From assembly GCF_009834535.1 (NCBI RefSeq), contig NC_045697.1, positions 57,290,001 to 57,354,000 on the forward strand: a DNA stretch of 64,000 bases, in the 5' to 3' direction. This DNA comes from Camelus ferus (Eukaryota). Numbering within the stretch: position 1 is the first letter of the stretch; every line of letters begins with the position of its first letter. The position numbers were made by a program, and so were the translations under genes. Below are positions 26,586 to 39,200 of the stretch, piece by piece. Below the pieces are notes generated by a model. It saw only the letters and a program-made list of their open reading frames with translations. It did not search any database and was not told the origin of the DNA.

Positions 26586-27209
26586 AGCTGTTTTTTAGGA
26601 ACTATGTGTAGTTCCAACAGTTCCTGTTTGAATGGATTGAGTTTCTCAGATCTTCAGAGTAAGACTCCTGCTCTCATTGAAAAGCACTACCTAAACACAT
26701 TGATTTTCCTCAGAAGAGCCCATCTCTTTACAGGTAAAGGAGTCAATTTCTAATAATTTCACTAGAAATTCACTTGCCCCAAGAAATCTAAAGTGTCTGT
26801 ATCTGTAGGAAATGTCAGTATATTCCTCGGGTAAGATTTGTGCAGTTTCAGCTATGCAGTAGGGATCAAAACCAGCTGTCTGTCAAGAACTCTTATCTAC
26901 CAAAGCTTCGCAGAAAGAGGGTCCTGACCCAGTAAATGACTTAGTGTCTTTAACCCTATGCTACCTACTGAATGCAGAGCACACCAGTATTCTTTCAGAT
27001 ATAATTGCCTAAGAAGATGGGGATGGGTTAGAATTTCCTATTATAAAGTAAACACAAGAACTTTTAAACTTACCTTTTTTATGTTTACCCTCAATTTCTA
27101 AGTAATAAAAAGCAATGAACACAAAGTAATTTTTAAAAAAGAGACTCTTATCTAGATGATGAAAAGTTATTAAAACAAAGGATGTGGAAGAAAATAAAGA
27201 TAAATTTAA

Positions 27210-28540
27210 AAAATAAAACTTCAGCCCATTCAACATCCATTTATGATAAAAACTCTCAACAAAGTAGGTAGAGAGGGAACATACCTCAACCTAATAAAAG
27301 CCATATATGGCAAACCAACAGCCAACATCGTACTCAATAGTGAAAAGCTGAATGTTTTTCTTTTATGATCAGAAACAAGAAAAGGATGCCTACTCTCATC
27401 ACTTTTATTCAACATAGTATTGGAAATCCTAGCTAGAGTAATTAGGTAAGAAAAATAAGTAAAAGTCATCAATCCAAATTGGAAAGAAAGTGAAATAGTC
27501 ACTATTTGCACATGATGTATTATATGTAGAAAAACCTAAAGACTCCACCAAATACTAAGCAACAAATTCAGTAAAGTTGCAGAATACAAAATCAATATGC
27601 AAAAATCTGTTGTGTTTCTATACACTAATAAGAAACTATCACAGAGAGAAATTAAGAAGACAACCTCATTAATAATTGTATCAGAAAGAATAAAATACCT
27701 AGGAATAAATTTACCAAAGAGGCAAAAGTCTTGTACACTGAAAACTTTAAGATGCTGATGAAATAAATTGAAGACACAAATAAATGGGAAGATATTCCAT
27801 GCTCACGGATTGGAAGAATTGATAAGTTGGATTTCAAAACATCCAAACCAAACTACAGCCATTATCTTGTAATAAATTTTAATGGAGTATAATCTGTAAA
27901 AATACTGAATCACTATGCAGTGTGCCTGAAACTAGTATAATATTATAAATCAAGTAAACTTCAAAAAATCCATGCTACCCAAAGCAATCTACATATTCAA
28001 TCCAATTCCTTCAAAATTCCAATAACATTTTTCACCGAAATAGAATAAACAAATCTAAAATTTATTTGGAACCACAAAGACCCAGAACAGTCAAAGTAAT
28101 CTTGAGGGGGAAAAAAAAAGCTATAGGTGTCATGCTTTCAGACTTCAAACTATATTATAAAACTGTTGCAATCAAAACAGTATGGAATTGGCAAAAGCAG
28201 ACACATAGATTGATGAAATAGAATAGAGATCCTAGAAATAAATTCATACATACAAGATCAATTAATTTACAACAAAGAAGTCACTGAATGTACAATGGGA
28301 AAAGACAGTCTCTCCAGTAAGTGGTGTTGGGAAAACTAGAAAGTCATACAAAAGAGGCAGGGGGTGGGGTGGGGTAGGCAAAATGGGTAACGTGGTCAAA
28401 ACATAAAAACTTACAGTTATAAATAAATAAATCATGTAGATGTAATATACAGCACAGTGACTTTTTAATAATACTGTATTGTATATTTGAAAGTTGCTAA
28501 AGGAGTAAATCTCAACACAAGAAAAAAAAAAAAAAAAGAA
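27210..28540 (+). mobile_element. L1 (L1MA-like) ORF2 fragment with internal deletion and 3'UTR
   Basis: RT-region motifs (caacagccaacatcgtactcaatagtgaaaagctg). Jumps from ORF2 to 3'UTR at ~28352 and has an A-tract at 28522-28540. Confidence 0.85.
27857..27967 (+). mobile_element. Short L1 3' end nested in the 27.2-28.5 kb L1
   Basis: atactgaatcactatgcagtgtgcctgaaactagtataatattataaatcaag...ttcaaaaaa; host ORF2 resumes at tccatgctacccaaagc. Confidence 0.75.
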
Positions 28541-28984
28541 AACACCTTTACCCATTACCACACCATTTTAATAGGTAAGTTATAATAGCATATTGCATTT
28601 TTCTCTTGTAGTCTTCATCATTTGCATGTTTATATATTTAAAGTTTGTTATAGTTTTGAGTCCTGATTTTTTCCATAGTTAATTGATTGCATATACATTA
28701 CAAGTTGCTATATTATCTTTCACAGTAGGTTTTCAATAGCTCTATAATATTCAGTTGAGTATAACATAACTTGTGTTTATCACTATTGGAAGTAAAAAAC
28801 TCTGTAAAGTCAAGATTCTATGGTGTTTTATACATTGACAAGTTATGGATACTTTGTTATCAAGACGCGTATTCAACCCAATCACTTCCTTCTATTTCCT
28901 GATATTTATATTTAATTTTTAATATTAAGAGAATAACATCAATGGGATACAGAATTTCAAATTGATATTCTTACCATAATAATT

Positions 28985-29150
28985 CAGGGGGATCAGATTG
29001 AAAGTTCCATCCCTCCAATCACGTGGTTGGTTCCCATGACTACTAGCCTCATCCTTAGGTACTTTACAGATGTCACCTCATTAACATAAACTCAGGTGTG
29101 TCTGAAAGTGTTTCTTTTGAATATTGGTCACCTTTATCACTTTCTTACTA
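28985..29150 (-). mobile_element. MER21-like LTR fragment
   Basis: gaaagttccatccctccaatcacgtggttggttccc...tcacctcattaacataaactcaggtgtg. Confidence 0.6.
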
Positions 29151-29811
29151 CAAGGGAAAGAGGAAGATCAATTTGAAATTCTGTGACTCACTGATGTTAT
29201 TTTTTAATTGTTAAAAATCAGATATAAATATTAGAAAATAGAAGAGAAAGTGTTTGAGTTGGTTGATGTTCTCTAAGTAATGAATACAATTGGCTGCATA
29301 GCAAACACATAAATTTGTCTTGAATCAGTTCAGATGTAGGCTATACATTTATATAGACATTGTTTAGTCTCTAATGCATTTATTTTTATTTCCTGTTTTT
29401 ATAAACCAATTTGTAGAATATAAAATTAGGAAGGCTCTGTAGGAAGTGAATTTGGTCTGAAGAAAATTGAAAAGATAAAAATGTGCAAAGACAGATGAGT
29501 ATTCATTTTGTGAAACAACTATGTCAATCAACTGGTTAATATCAGTTTCATACATTAATCCCAAGTATACATTGGTATATCTGCATAATGATGTATATGC
29601 ACAGTTTTTGCAATATTTTTTAAGCAAAAGATCAACTTTTAGTAATATTAGAGTGAGACATCATAATTTGGCTAATAGGCTAGATGTGAAATAGAAAGCA
29701 AGGGGATTCTGATATGATAATTATGATTAGTTCCACATTATTTTATGCTGAGTGTATACTAAATGTATCTATAAGTAAAACTTTAATTTTCAAATTCCAT
29801 TGTCCAATTTT

Positions 29812-30022
29812 CTTTTTTTTTAAATGGCAGTATAGTCAGTTACAATGTGCCAATTTCTGGTGTACAGAAAAACATCCCAGTCATATTTGTTTTCATATTC
29901 TTTTTCAGTAAAGGTTATTATAAGATATTGGATATAGTTCCCTGTGCTATACAGAAGAAATTTGTTGTTTTAATCTATTTTTATATATAGTGGCTAGCAT
30001 TTGCAAATCTTAAACTCCCAAA
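29812..30022 (-). mobile_element. ~210-bp lineage-specific L1 3' end
   Basis: T-tract then gtatagtcagttacaatgtgccaatttctggtgtacag, the same family as 13901-14001. Degenerate TSD beginning tccaat on both sides. Confidence 0.85.
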
Positions 30023-30447
30023 TCCAATATTTTTAAATTTAATCATGGTAGTGGTTTTACGGTAACACTTAGGAAATTAGAAATTATAACATTCACTTCA
30101 TGTATTGCCTTTTTTCACTACTTTTGCCTTACATCATGATAGGAAATATTTAATAATATTATTATAGGGATTTTCAAATAATATAAACTCATAGATTTCT
30201 GAAAAAATATATGTTTAGTCATCTGATGTTATTTATTGGATAGTGAACATGTATGAAATTCTTCATTATGCAATTCAACCAAGTCCCTAAATTCAAATAG
30301 GTGCCCTAGTATATCTTCAGACACATACACATATCAATGATGCATAGCTCTTGCCCACCGAAGTGTATAGTTTAAAAGGGAGGGAAAATTAAAGTCACAA
30401 ACAAGTATGATAAAATGTATGGTGTATATAGATTTTATAGAAGTGTA

Positions 30448-32368
30448 GATAAATCAACAGAAGAAGAAAGTAAAGAAACAATCCCCTTTAAAATAGCACC
30501 CAAAGTAATAAAATATCTGGGAATAAATCTAACCAAGGAGGTGAAAGAATTATACACAGAAAACTATAAACCATTGATGAAGGAAATTAAAGAAGACTTT
30601 AAAAAATGGAAAGATATTCCATGCTCTTCGATTGGAAGAATCAATATTGTTAAAATGGTCACACTGCCCAAGGCAATCTATAGATTTAATGCAATCCCTA
30701 TCCAATTGCCCAGGACATATTTCACAGAACTAGAACAAATCATAATAAAATTCATATGGAACCATCAAAGACCTAGAATTGCCAAAGCATTACTGAAGAG
30801 ACAGAAAGAGGCTGGAGGAATAACTCTCCCAGACTTCAGACAATACTATAGAGCTACAGTCATCAAGACAGCATGGTATTGGTACCAAAACAGACATATA
30901 GACCAATGGAACAGAATAGAGAGCCCAGAAATGAACGCACAAACTTTTGGTCAACTCATCTTCGACAAAGGAGGCAAGAATATACATTGGAATAAAGACA
31001 GTCTCTTCAGCAAATGGTGTTGGGAAAACTGGGCAGCAGCATGTAAAACAATGAAGCTAGAACACTCCCTTACACCATATACAAAAATCAACTCAAAATA
31101 GATCAAAGACTTAAACATAAGACAAGATACAATAAACCTCCTAGAGGAAAACATAGGCAAAACATTATCTGACATACATTTCAAAAATTTTCTCCTAGTA
31201 GAAATAAAAGCAAGAATAAACAAATGGGACCTAATGAAACTTACAAGCTTCTGCACAGCAAAGGAAACCAGAAGTAAAACAAGAAGAAAACCTACGGAAT
31301 GGGAGAAAATTTTTGCAAGTGAAACCGACAAAGGCTTGATCTCCAGAATATATAAGCAGCTCATACAACTCAATAAGAAAAAAATAAACAACCCAATCCA
31401 AAAATGGGCAGAAGACCTAAACAAGCAATTCTCCAAGGAAGACATACAAATGATCAAAAAGCACATGAAAAAATGCTCAATATCACTAATTATCAGAGAA
31501 ATGCAAATCAAAACTACAATGAGGTATTACCTCACACCAGTCAGAATGGCCGTCATTCAAAAATCCACAAATGACAAATGCGGAGAGGCTGTGGAGAAAG
31601 GGGAACCCTCCTACACTGCTGGTGGGAATGCAGTTTGGTGCAGCCACTGTGGAAAACAGTATGGAGATTCCTCAAAAATTAGGAATAGACTTACCATATG
31701 ACCCAGGAATCCCACTCCTGGGCATATATCCAGAAGGAACCCTACTTCAAAAAGACACCTGCACCCCAGTGTTCATAGCAGCACTATTTACAATAGCCAA
31801 AACATGGAAACAGCCTAAATGTCCATCAACAGGTGACTGGATAAAGAAGAAGTGGTATATTTATACAATGGAATACTACTCAGCCATAAAACCCGACAAC
31901 ATAATGCCATTTGCAGCAACATGGATGCTCCTGGAGAATGTCATTCTAAGTGAAGTAAGCCAGAAAGAGAAAGAAAAATACCATATGAGATCGCTCATAT
32001 GTGGAATCTAAAAAACAAAAACAAAAACAAACAAACAAACAAAAACAAAGCATAAAAAAAAGGACAGAAATAGACTCACAGACAGAGAATACAGACTTAT
32101 GGTTACCAGGGGGGTGGAGGGTGGGAAGGGATAGACTGGGATTTCAAAATTGTAGAATAGACTACACTGTATAGCACAGGGAAATATACACAAAATGTTA
32201 TGATAACTCACAGAGAAAAAAATGTGACAATGAATGTGTATATGTCCGTGAATAACTGAAAAATTGTGCTGAACACTGGAATTTGACACAACATTGTAAA
32301 ATGATTATAAATCAATAAAAAATGTTAAAAAAAAAAAAGAAATTATGAAGAAAGGTTAAAAAAAAAAA
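30448..32368 (+). mobile_element. Young 5'-truncated LINE-1 (ORF2 C-terminal half, 3'UTR, poly(A))
   Basis: ORFs 30415-31101, 31234-31701 and 31571-32011 tile L1 ORF2 ([31 protein letters not shown]). AATAAA at ~32314; short flanking repeat aagtgta at 30441-30447 and 32367-32373. Confidence 0.95.
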
Positions 32369-32414
32369 GTGTAAAACATAGGTTAGGGATAACAATAAGT
32401 AAGTGACTAATTCA

Positions 32415-32991
32415 GTCCCACCGAGATGGAATGAATTACTCAAGACTCTGGGGAAAAGTCAAGAGAGCGAGAGGGGGTTGGGAGCCAACTTCACGAGCCT
32501 CTCAAATCTCTCATATTTATTGAGTACAGTCAAAGGAGGAATGCAGGAATTTAGGGAAGGACTGGTGGGATCACAATGAGTACAAAGGCTTTATTTATTG
32601 TTGGTGTTTGGCTCAAGGTCAGAAGACCCTTTTTGGTGAATCATGTTCCTGTTGAGCCTTTCAGCTTATCAGGGCGGAACATATGAGAATCAGCTGCTTA
32701 ACAACTTGGACTTAGGCGGTTGTGCCTGTCTTAGGTTGCCCCCTCAGGGGATCTTACCCTTCATTGGCTAACCAGCCTTCTCCCCTCTGAGTCTGCAGCT
32801 TTTTATAAGTTGTTTACCATTCCAGGCCAAGGCTGTTTTGGGGATAGAGGACTAACAGCAGGCACTCTCAGCGTTTATAGCCGGGGGGCCTGGGTCGTTC
32901 CAAAACCTCAAGGCAGTTACTAAGCACATCTTTAATGAGATAATTGGCTGGGATCTGTTACAATTTGTTAACCCAATCATGGGATCCCACA
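32415..32991 (-). mobile_element. Relatively young ERV solo LTR
   Basis: ~577-bp GC-richer block retaining CpGs. Minus strand begins TGTGGGATCC, with TATAAAA at ~32801-32807 and AATAAA at 32516-32521. No internal coding sequence adjacent. Confidence 0.7.
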
Positions 32992-33599
32992 CATATATTT
33001 CTTGGATAAAGAACAGAAATATTTTAAGTTAAAACAGGAACAGAAAAATAATTCCTAGTATTCAAAACAGTGTAAGAGTTTGGCATATTTCATGATGTAC
33101 CTTCATATACTTTGTGGTTATATGTAATGGAGTTTTATTTGTAGTTCTTAGCTGAAAATAATAGAAACAGATTTTTGGTTAACTTAAAGAAAAATAAATT
33201 AACTTGGTTGATTTTTGATATACCACAGATTCAATGCAAGACTCGAGAATCAATTTCACAGAGCAAGCCAGAAACAAGGGAGTATGAACCCCAGGGGAAA
33301 AACTAGTTGTAATATTTCCTTATATAACTGGGTACATCATGCTGCCAGTGCAGCTGGGCTCCTGTTGCCATCACTGTCACCATTTCTCAACTTTTCTGTG
33401 AATTTTCATGAATTCCTTAAGGTTCGGATTCTTGGTAGTAGCACTTTTTTTTTTTTTTTTTTTGACAAATTGTAGAACACAAAAATATAAGGATGAAAAA
33501 AAGAAATGTCTGGCCTCCATTGGGTGCCGAGTGTGAGACAGGTAATGAATACAAAGAAAATGTCCACTCTGGGGAGAAAGAGTAAGGCTGACTTTCAAA

Positions 33600-34400
33600 T
33601 AATAACTGACATAAAATTGATTAGAAAGCTTTACACCATTACACAAAGCCTAGACTTCTGCTTGCAGGCAATATGAATTCATAACTGTATCTTAAGCAGA
33701 ATAATTGTCATGATTGCATCTGAGAAATAATTTTAGTAATAATGTGGATGATAATACTGTAGCTCTGAGAGTCTCTTGATTGTGAATTCAGGTGATACAT
33801 AATATTCCTGAAAATAGATAAGTGTCTTAACAAGCAAAATGGTGGTGGGGTTGTAGAGAATGAAAAACAAAGAATTGATGAATAGTTATTTTCAAGGTAG
33901 AATTTGAGGAGTTTTTAACTTATTAAATGTGAGAGATATGGGAGAGAAATGAGCCAGAGATACCTTATAGATTCTGAAAATGACTAACAAGGTAATTGGG
34001 ATGCTGATGAATGATAAATAATGAATTTTTAGAACCATTATATTTGAAATAAATTTAACATTCAAGAATTACAGAATGCTGGTATAGAGTTTGGAGACAT
34101 AGTTTTCATGTCTCCAGGGATACAAACAGAAAGATAAATCAGTAAGAAGCAGAAGAAAACCCAAGGTGAGTATTTTGATGGAAACGAAGAAAACAGACTT
34201 CCAAGATTTAATGAGAAGCCAGCTGGGTTATGTGCCATTAAATTCAAAGAGAAAAATAGTGAAGTGCTAGAGGGTCACAGATTAAGTAGTCACTGATATC
34301 CTTGACACAGTGGTTTCTTCAGACGGGTAAGGAGAAATTATGATTGGAAAGGTTAAAGAGTGAATTTGCAGTCACAAAGGTTAAAAACTTGTTTAAAGAT
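33600..34400 (-). mobile_element. Degenerate L2 fragments
   Basis: Purine-rich antisense L2-like motifs such as gtcactgatatccttgaca. Confidence 0.45.
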
Positions 34401-36320
34401 ATTTGTCAGAATAAGGATAAATAGAATGTTACCTTGAAAAGAGGGGTAAAGATGAGAAAAGAGTTATTTTAAATATAACTTTATGAAGCAGTATTATAAA
34501 ATTAATACACTATTTCATCCCAGTTTAGTCCAATGTGATTTATTTCTTTTATTAAATAGGCTAATTTAATACAATTTGAATTATGCATTAATTCATTATA
34601 TAAATTTAACAAACAACTCATACATTTATTGCTTACTCATTTAGAATAATTTAATGTTAGTGATGATAAAATTTTAAGTACTCATGTTTAGCCACACCTA
34701 ATATATAATAATGGCTTATAATACTATATTTATGAGACTGTCCAGAATTTTATGCAGATATTTATAAACAAGCACATTATAAAATAAATTTATTCATTGA
34801 AAAGAATAAGGTTTGGAACTTCACACTTTAGCAGCTCCTGAGAGCATAGATTTCCTTTATCATTATCCGTAGTTTTAAACCTTGGTTTAGTTTGTGAAAA
34901 ACTTTATTTACATAAAAAGGAAGAAAATTTAAAAGAAAACACTACAGGAAAATATTATATTCACCTTCTATAAAGAACTTAAATAACACATGCTTGACTG
35001 TTATTTAACATTTTTAGTTGATTCTGAAAGCCTAATCATCAAACAAACAAGAAAATCAGTAATGGAAATGGTACTATCAAAAATTTAGTTGCATTGCTCT
35101 GAGGAGTAATTGAAATGTTTGTATGATAATATGTCTTAATATAATCCAGACCTCCCCTCAAAGTGCAGTAAACCTGGTGTGCAGGTTTTGAATTACCAAA
35201 ATGCCAAGATACTGATGGCCTCAGTTTCAGGACATCAATTAATTAGGCTGACAACTGTGAGCCTCAAGCATCTTTATTTAACGTAGTGTTCCCTAAAAAT
35301 ATCTCTTTTTATGTGTGCCATGATGCAAAAAAGTTGATGCTTTAACCAATAAAGTCTTTGTTAAATATTACCAATTCAGTGTTCTTTTTTCACTTGAAAG
35401 AGTTAAAGAAAAATGAAATATCAGCTATTCTAATATGTTTTTCTTTACTGTGAAACCATACGTGATTACAGTAACAAATGTAGACAAATAATACAAGCAT
35501 AAAGAAAATTACCAATTTATTCCACAGTTTAAACATATTAAGATATTAAACATTTTAAGGGATTTCTCTCAAAGTGTGTTTGTGTCTGCATTGTATTTGT
35601 TTTTAATAAGCCTGAGTTTATTTGTGGAATGAATTAATTGTAATTATGGCAAAAAAGAAATAGAAAGCTTAGAATTGGGATTCTAATGTTCATATAGTTC
35701 ATATTATAACATTTGGGAATACTGAAGAGGTTGAAAACACTGTATTATTAGTAAGAAAAAGTTTTATTAAAATGTTCATTAGATGATGATTATGCCAAAG
35801 GTTTATCCTTGCCAGGAGCAACAAGAAGATGGGTAAAAGTAAAAAAATCACTTAATTTCAGGTTGGCATTTGAATGATAGAATTTGGGTCAAAATATACT
35901 ATTGTGGTGGGTGTTTATTTCTTAATCTATTTTATTTTGATTATATCAGAAATATAGGTTATATTATTCTAGACATAGCCCAAGGGAATGTACTATTTGT
36001 TATTGAATTTATGAGTAGATTTTGTAAATTAATTTTAATCACTGAATGTATTTATATCCAGTAACAAGAGTAGTTTTTATTTTCTCATATGACTATTGTT
36101 AGTTCAATGCCCTTATTATATACACACATTTCAGGACATTTTTATTTGTGCATAGATATATGTTCTCTTTTCTCTTTACATTAGAAGAGGAAAAAACTTT
36201 TCCATGTATGTTATTAAGTCCTAGACATTATGTAAATGCTTCTCATTTTTCTGTCATCTAGTGAAACCTCTATAAGTGGCATTTGTAGAACATCTGTTTT
36301 GATTTTGATACTTTTCATAC

Positions 36321-36630
36321 TTTCTTTTTTTATTGAAATATAGTTGACTTACAATATTAGTTTCAGGTGTATAACATAGTGATTCAACATTTTTATAGAT
36401 TTTACTCCATTTAAAGTTATAAAATATTGGCTATATTTCTTGTGCTATACCCTAAAGCCTTGCAGCTTATTTATTTTATGCGTAATATTTTGTGTCTCTT
36501 AATTCCCTGCCCCCTGTCTTTCCCCTCCTCCTTCATCCTCCCTACTGGTAACCACTAGTTTGTTCTCTGTATCTATGAATCTGTTTCTGTTTTGTTATAT
36601 TTATTCATTTATTTATTTAATTATTTAAAT
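36321..36630 (-). mobile_element. L1 3' end (older artiodactyl-type)
   Basis: tttttattgaaatatagttgacttacaatattag...ggtaaccactagtttgttctctgtatctatgaatctgtttctg. Confidence 0.85.
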
Positions 36631-37444
36631 TTTTTCATAGATTCTTAATTTTAGTGAATCTGGTTATCATTTATATATTTTTAAAATGGAAAAGAGTGTC
36701 TTTTTTTAAAAGGGAGAACTAGGCAAATGTATTTCACAAGGTGATAATAGGTAGATTTTCTTTTCATAAGAACCTTTGATTAGACTATGGTTCAGGTCAC
36801 AGTACTGCTCTAAATATATTCTGTTTTCTTCTTTGTCGGTGTCTTTAGGTACACATACTTAAATTAGTTTAATTCTTCGGTTTATAACACTATGCTCCAT
36901 TGCTTAGCATAAGGCCCTCTTTTCTTTTGCTATATTTTATTATTTTAATATTTTTATTTTTCATTCATGATGTTACCAATATACAGGTAAAACCATTGTT
37001 ATATACTTTGTGACCTAGATATATTCAATCAAGATAATCTGTAAACTCATATGATTCCAGAACCTCAGTTGCTAAATAGCATTGTTATAATTTGTATTAA
37101 AAGAAGTATATAAAGCACATGTGACAAACTGATAAGGCATATCATTTTAAAGGCATATAATCTTTCATAAATCTTATCCTTTATAGATAATTTTGGAGAA
37201 AAGTTCACTGAGAATTTAATAGCTAATATTATGAAAAGTATACTTAAAAAAATTTTTTAATGCTCTTTACTCCTTAAATCCAGAGCTCAAAATTGAATAC
37301 TAAGAATAAAGAAAATTTCTCCACATTGCTACCCCTTAAATTTACATCTCAACACACACACACACATACACACATTTACACACATTTAATCTAATTTAAA
37401 ATTAGATTAAAAATTATTTCACAACTTTTAAAGTTAAATGTATG

Positions 37445-37484
37445 CATGCGCAAAAGCAAAGAGCTATAGTTTTGGGACAGAGGA

Positions 37485-37525
<41 letters not shown>

Positions 37526-37954
37526 TGTATATATGTGTATATATATGTATATATAAAATATATTATATATTCATACATATATATATATAATATATTATAT
37601 ATACATATGAAGACACTTATTTCAAGGCATCAACTTACATGATTTTTAGGACTGGCAAGTCTGAAATATGTAGGGACAGGCCAGCAGGCTAGAGGCTCTC
37701 TAATAGGGGTTGATGCTGCTCTGGTCATGAGGCCGAATTTCTTCTTCCTCAAAGAAGCCTCAGTTTTATTCTTAGGGCCTCTCAACTTTGTATATAAGGC
37801 TCACCTAGATTATCAAAGATATCTTTTAAAGTCATCTGATTGTAGACATTTATTACATCTATAATATACCTTCACCGCAAACCCTTTTTTAGTGTTTAAT
37901 TGAATAACTGGTTATTACAGCCTAACAAAATGACACATAAACCTAACCTTTACA
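37445..37954 (-). mobile_element. MLT2-type ERVL LTR with expanded TA/CA microsatellite
   Basis: ggactggcaagtctgaaatatgtaggg...ggccagcaggctaga and end tgacacataaacctaacctttaca; simple repeat at ~37485-37608. Confidence 0.8.
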
Positions 37955-38699
37955 GATGATAGAAACTAGTTGTACACAGTATACATATAAATTGTAGCTT
38001 TAGATTGACTATTAGATAGTAAGAATGATTTATTTTTTAAATAATCAAAACTACACTAAGTACAATATAAGTTGATTGTTCCAGTCTTTTCACAAGCTTA
38101 TAAACTCAATGGCAGAATATTAAAACTAACTACATTTCACTGAAATGTGTTTAATTATGAAAAAAAAATTAGTTAACTATTTCCATGAAAATTTGCATTC
38201 GTTTACATTGATATGTTTTCTGAAAGATAATCTGGTTAAGATAATTTGATTATGGCCCCTAAAGTTCAAAGCATCTCAGAAACTGGTATGAAAAGTTTTG
38301 ATGAGCAGTATTAGATTATATCTTACATTTATGTAATTTGAACAATTATATTAATAACGTCTATATTTGATAACTGTGGTTCTGAATATAGTAATTTAAG
38401 TAATCATGCTAATTTGAAGCATTGAATCTTTACCATTCAATGGCATAAAGGAACTTAAATTACTAGTATATTATGTCAATAATGATTAAAATAGTATCAA
38501 TGGTAAAGAAACAGCTGGATGTCTAAATGATAGAACAATAGTGAAATACCTAAGGAACAATTATAGAGGACATCAAAGAGACATTTGATGGACATATGTG
38601 TCAACTTAATGCATTCATTGTATATAGTATACAGTTGTTATAGTCATATTTTCTTTCTAAAGCTACAAGTACTATAGAAGTCATAAATTTGATTAAGTT

Positions 38700-39200
38700 A
38701 TATAAACCTGGAGTTAGGTGATGAGGAAAGTGGAAAAATCAGAGATAAATCTTAAATATCTGACCTGGTTATCTGAACAAATAATGTTTCTCTGGGAGAA
38801 GAAAAATAGATTTCCTCTAGGTCCATCCATGTTGCTGCAAATGGCATTATTTTATTCTTCTTTTTTGTGACTGAGTAGTATACCATTGTATGAACTGGGG
38901 CATTGTGCTGTATAACAGAAACTGACACATTGTAACTAACCATATACTTCATAAAAAAATTAAAAGAAAAATAGATTTTCTATTAAGTTCTGTTTTGGAA
39001 TTAAGTTTGACCTGCATATGAAACATCCCGGTGGAGTCAAGTAAGCAAATGGATATGTTAATTAGAGCTAAGGGAGAGGTCTTGATTAGAGAAGAAAATC
39101 TGGAAATAACCAGTGTGTAAATGATATTTAAACTTTGGAAATGAATGAATCATTTAAAGGGAAAGTTCATGTAGAGAAATAAGGGTGTATCTAGGGAATC
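38700..39200 (-). mobile_element. L2 fragment hosting the mini L1
   Basis: aagttctgttttggaattaagtttga...tgaaacatcccggtggagtcaagtaagcaaatggatatg. Confidence 0.6.
38814..38963 (+). mobile_element. Twin-primed (5'-inverted) mini L1 inside an L2
   Basis: Antisense ORF2 C-terminal piece (38814-~38891, MPFAATWMDLE) joined to a sense 3' end. TSD aagaaaaatagattt at 38799-38813 and 38964-38978. Confidence 0.9.

Noticed and set aside
30415..31101. 228-aa ORF as a host gene
   Set aside because: It is L1 ORF2 with a chance upstream ATG in the flank and ends at a nonsense mutation.
30951..31511. 186-aa minus-strand ORF (and similar ones at 10343-10705, 11066-11319, 27230-27511)
   Set aside because: These are antisense shadows of A-rich L1 ORF2.
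32108..32140. G-quadruplex-like G-tracts (also 28360-28378)
   Set aside because: Standard G-rich tract of L1 3'UTRs, not locus-specific.
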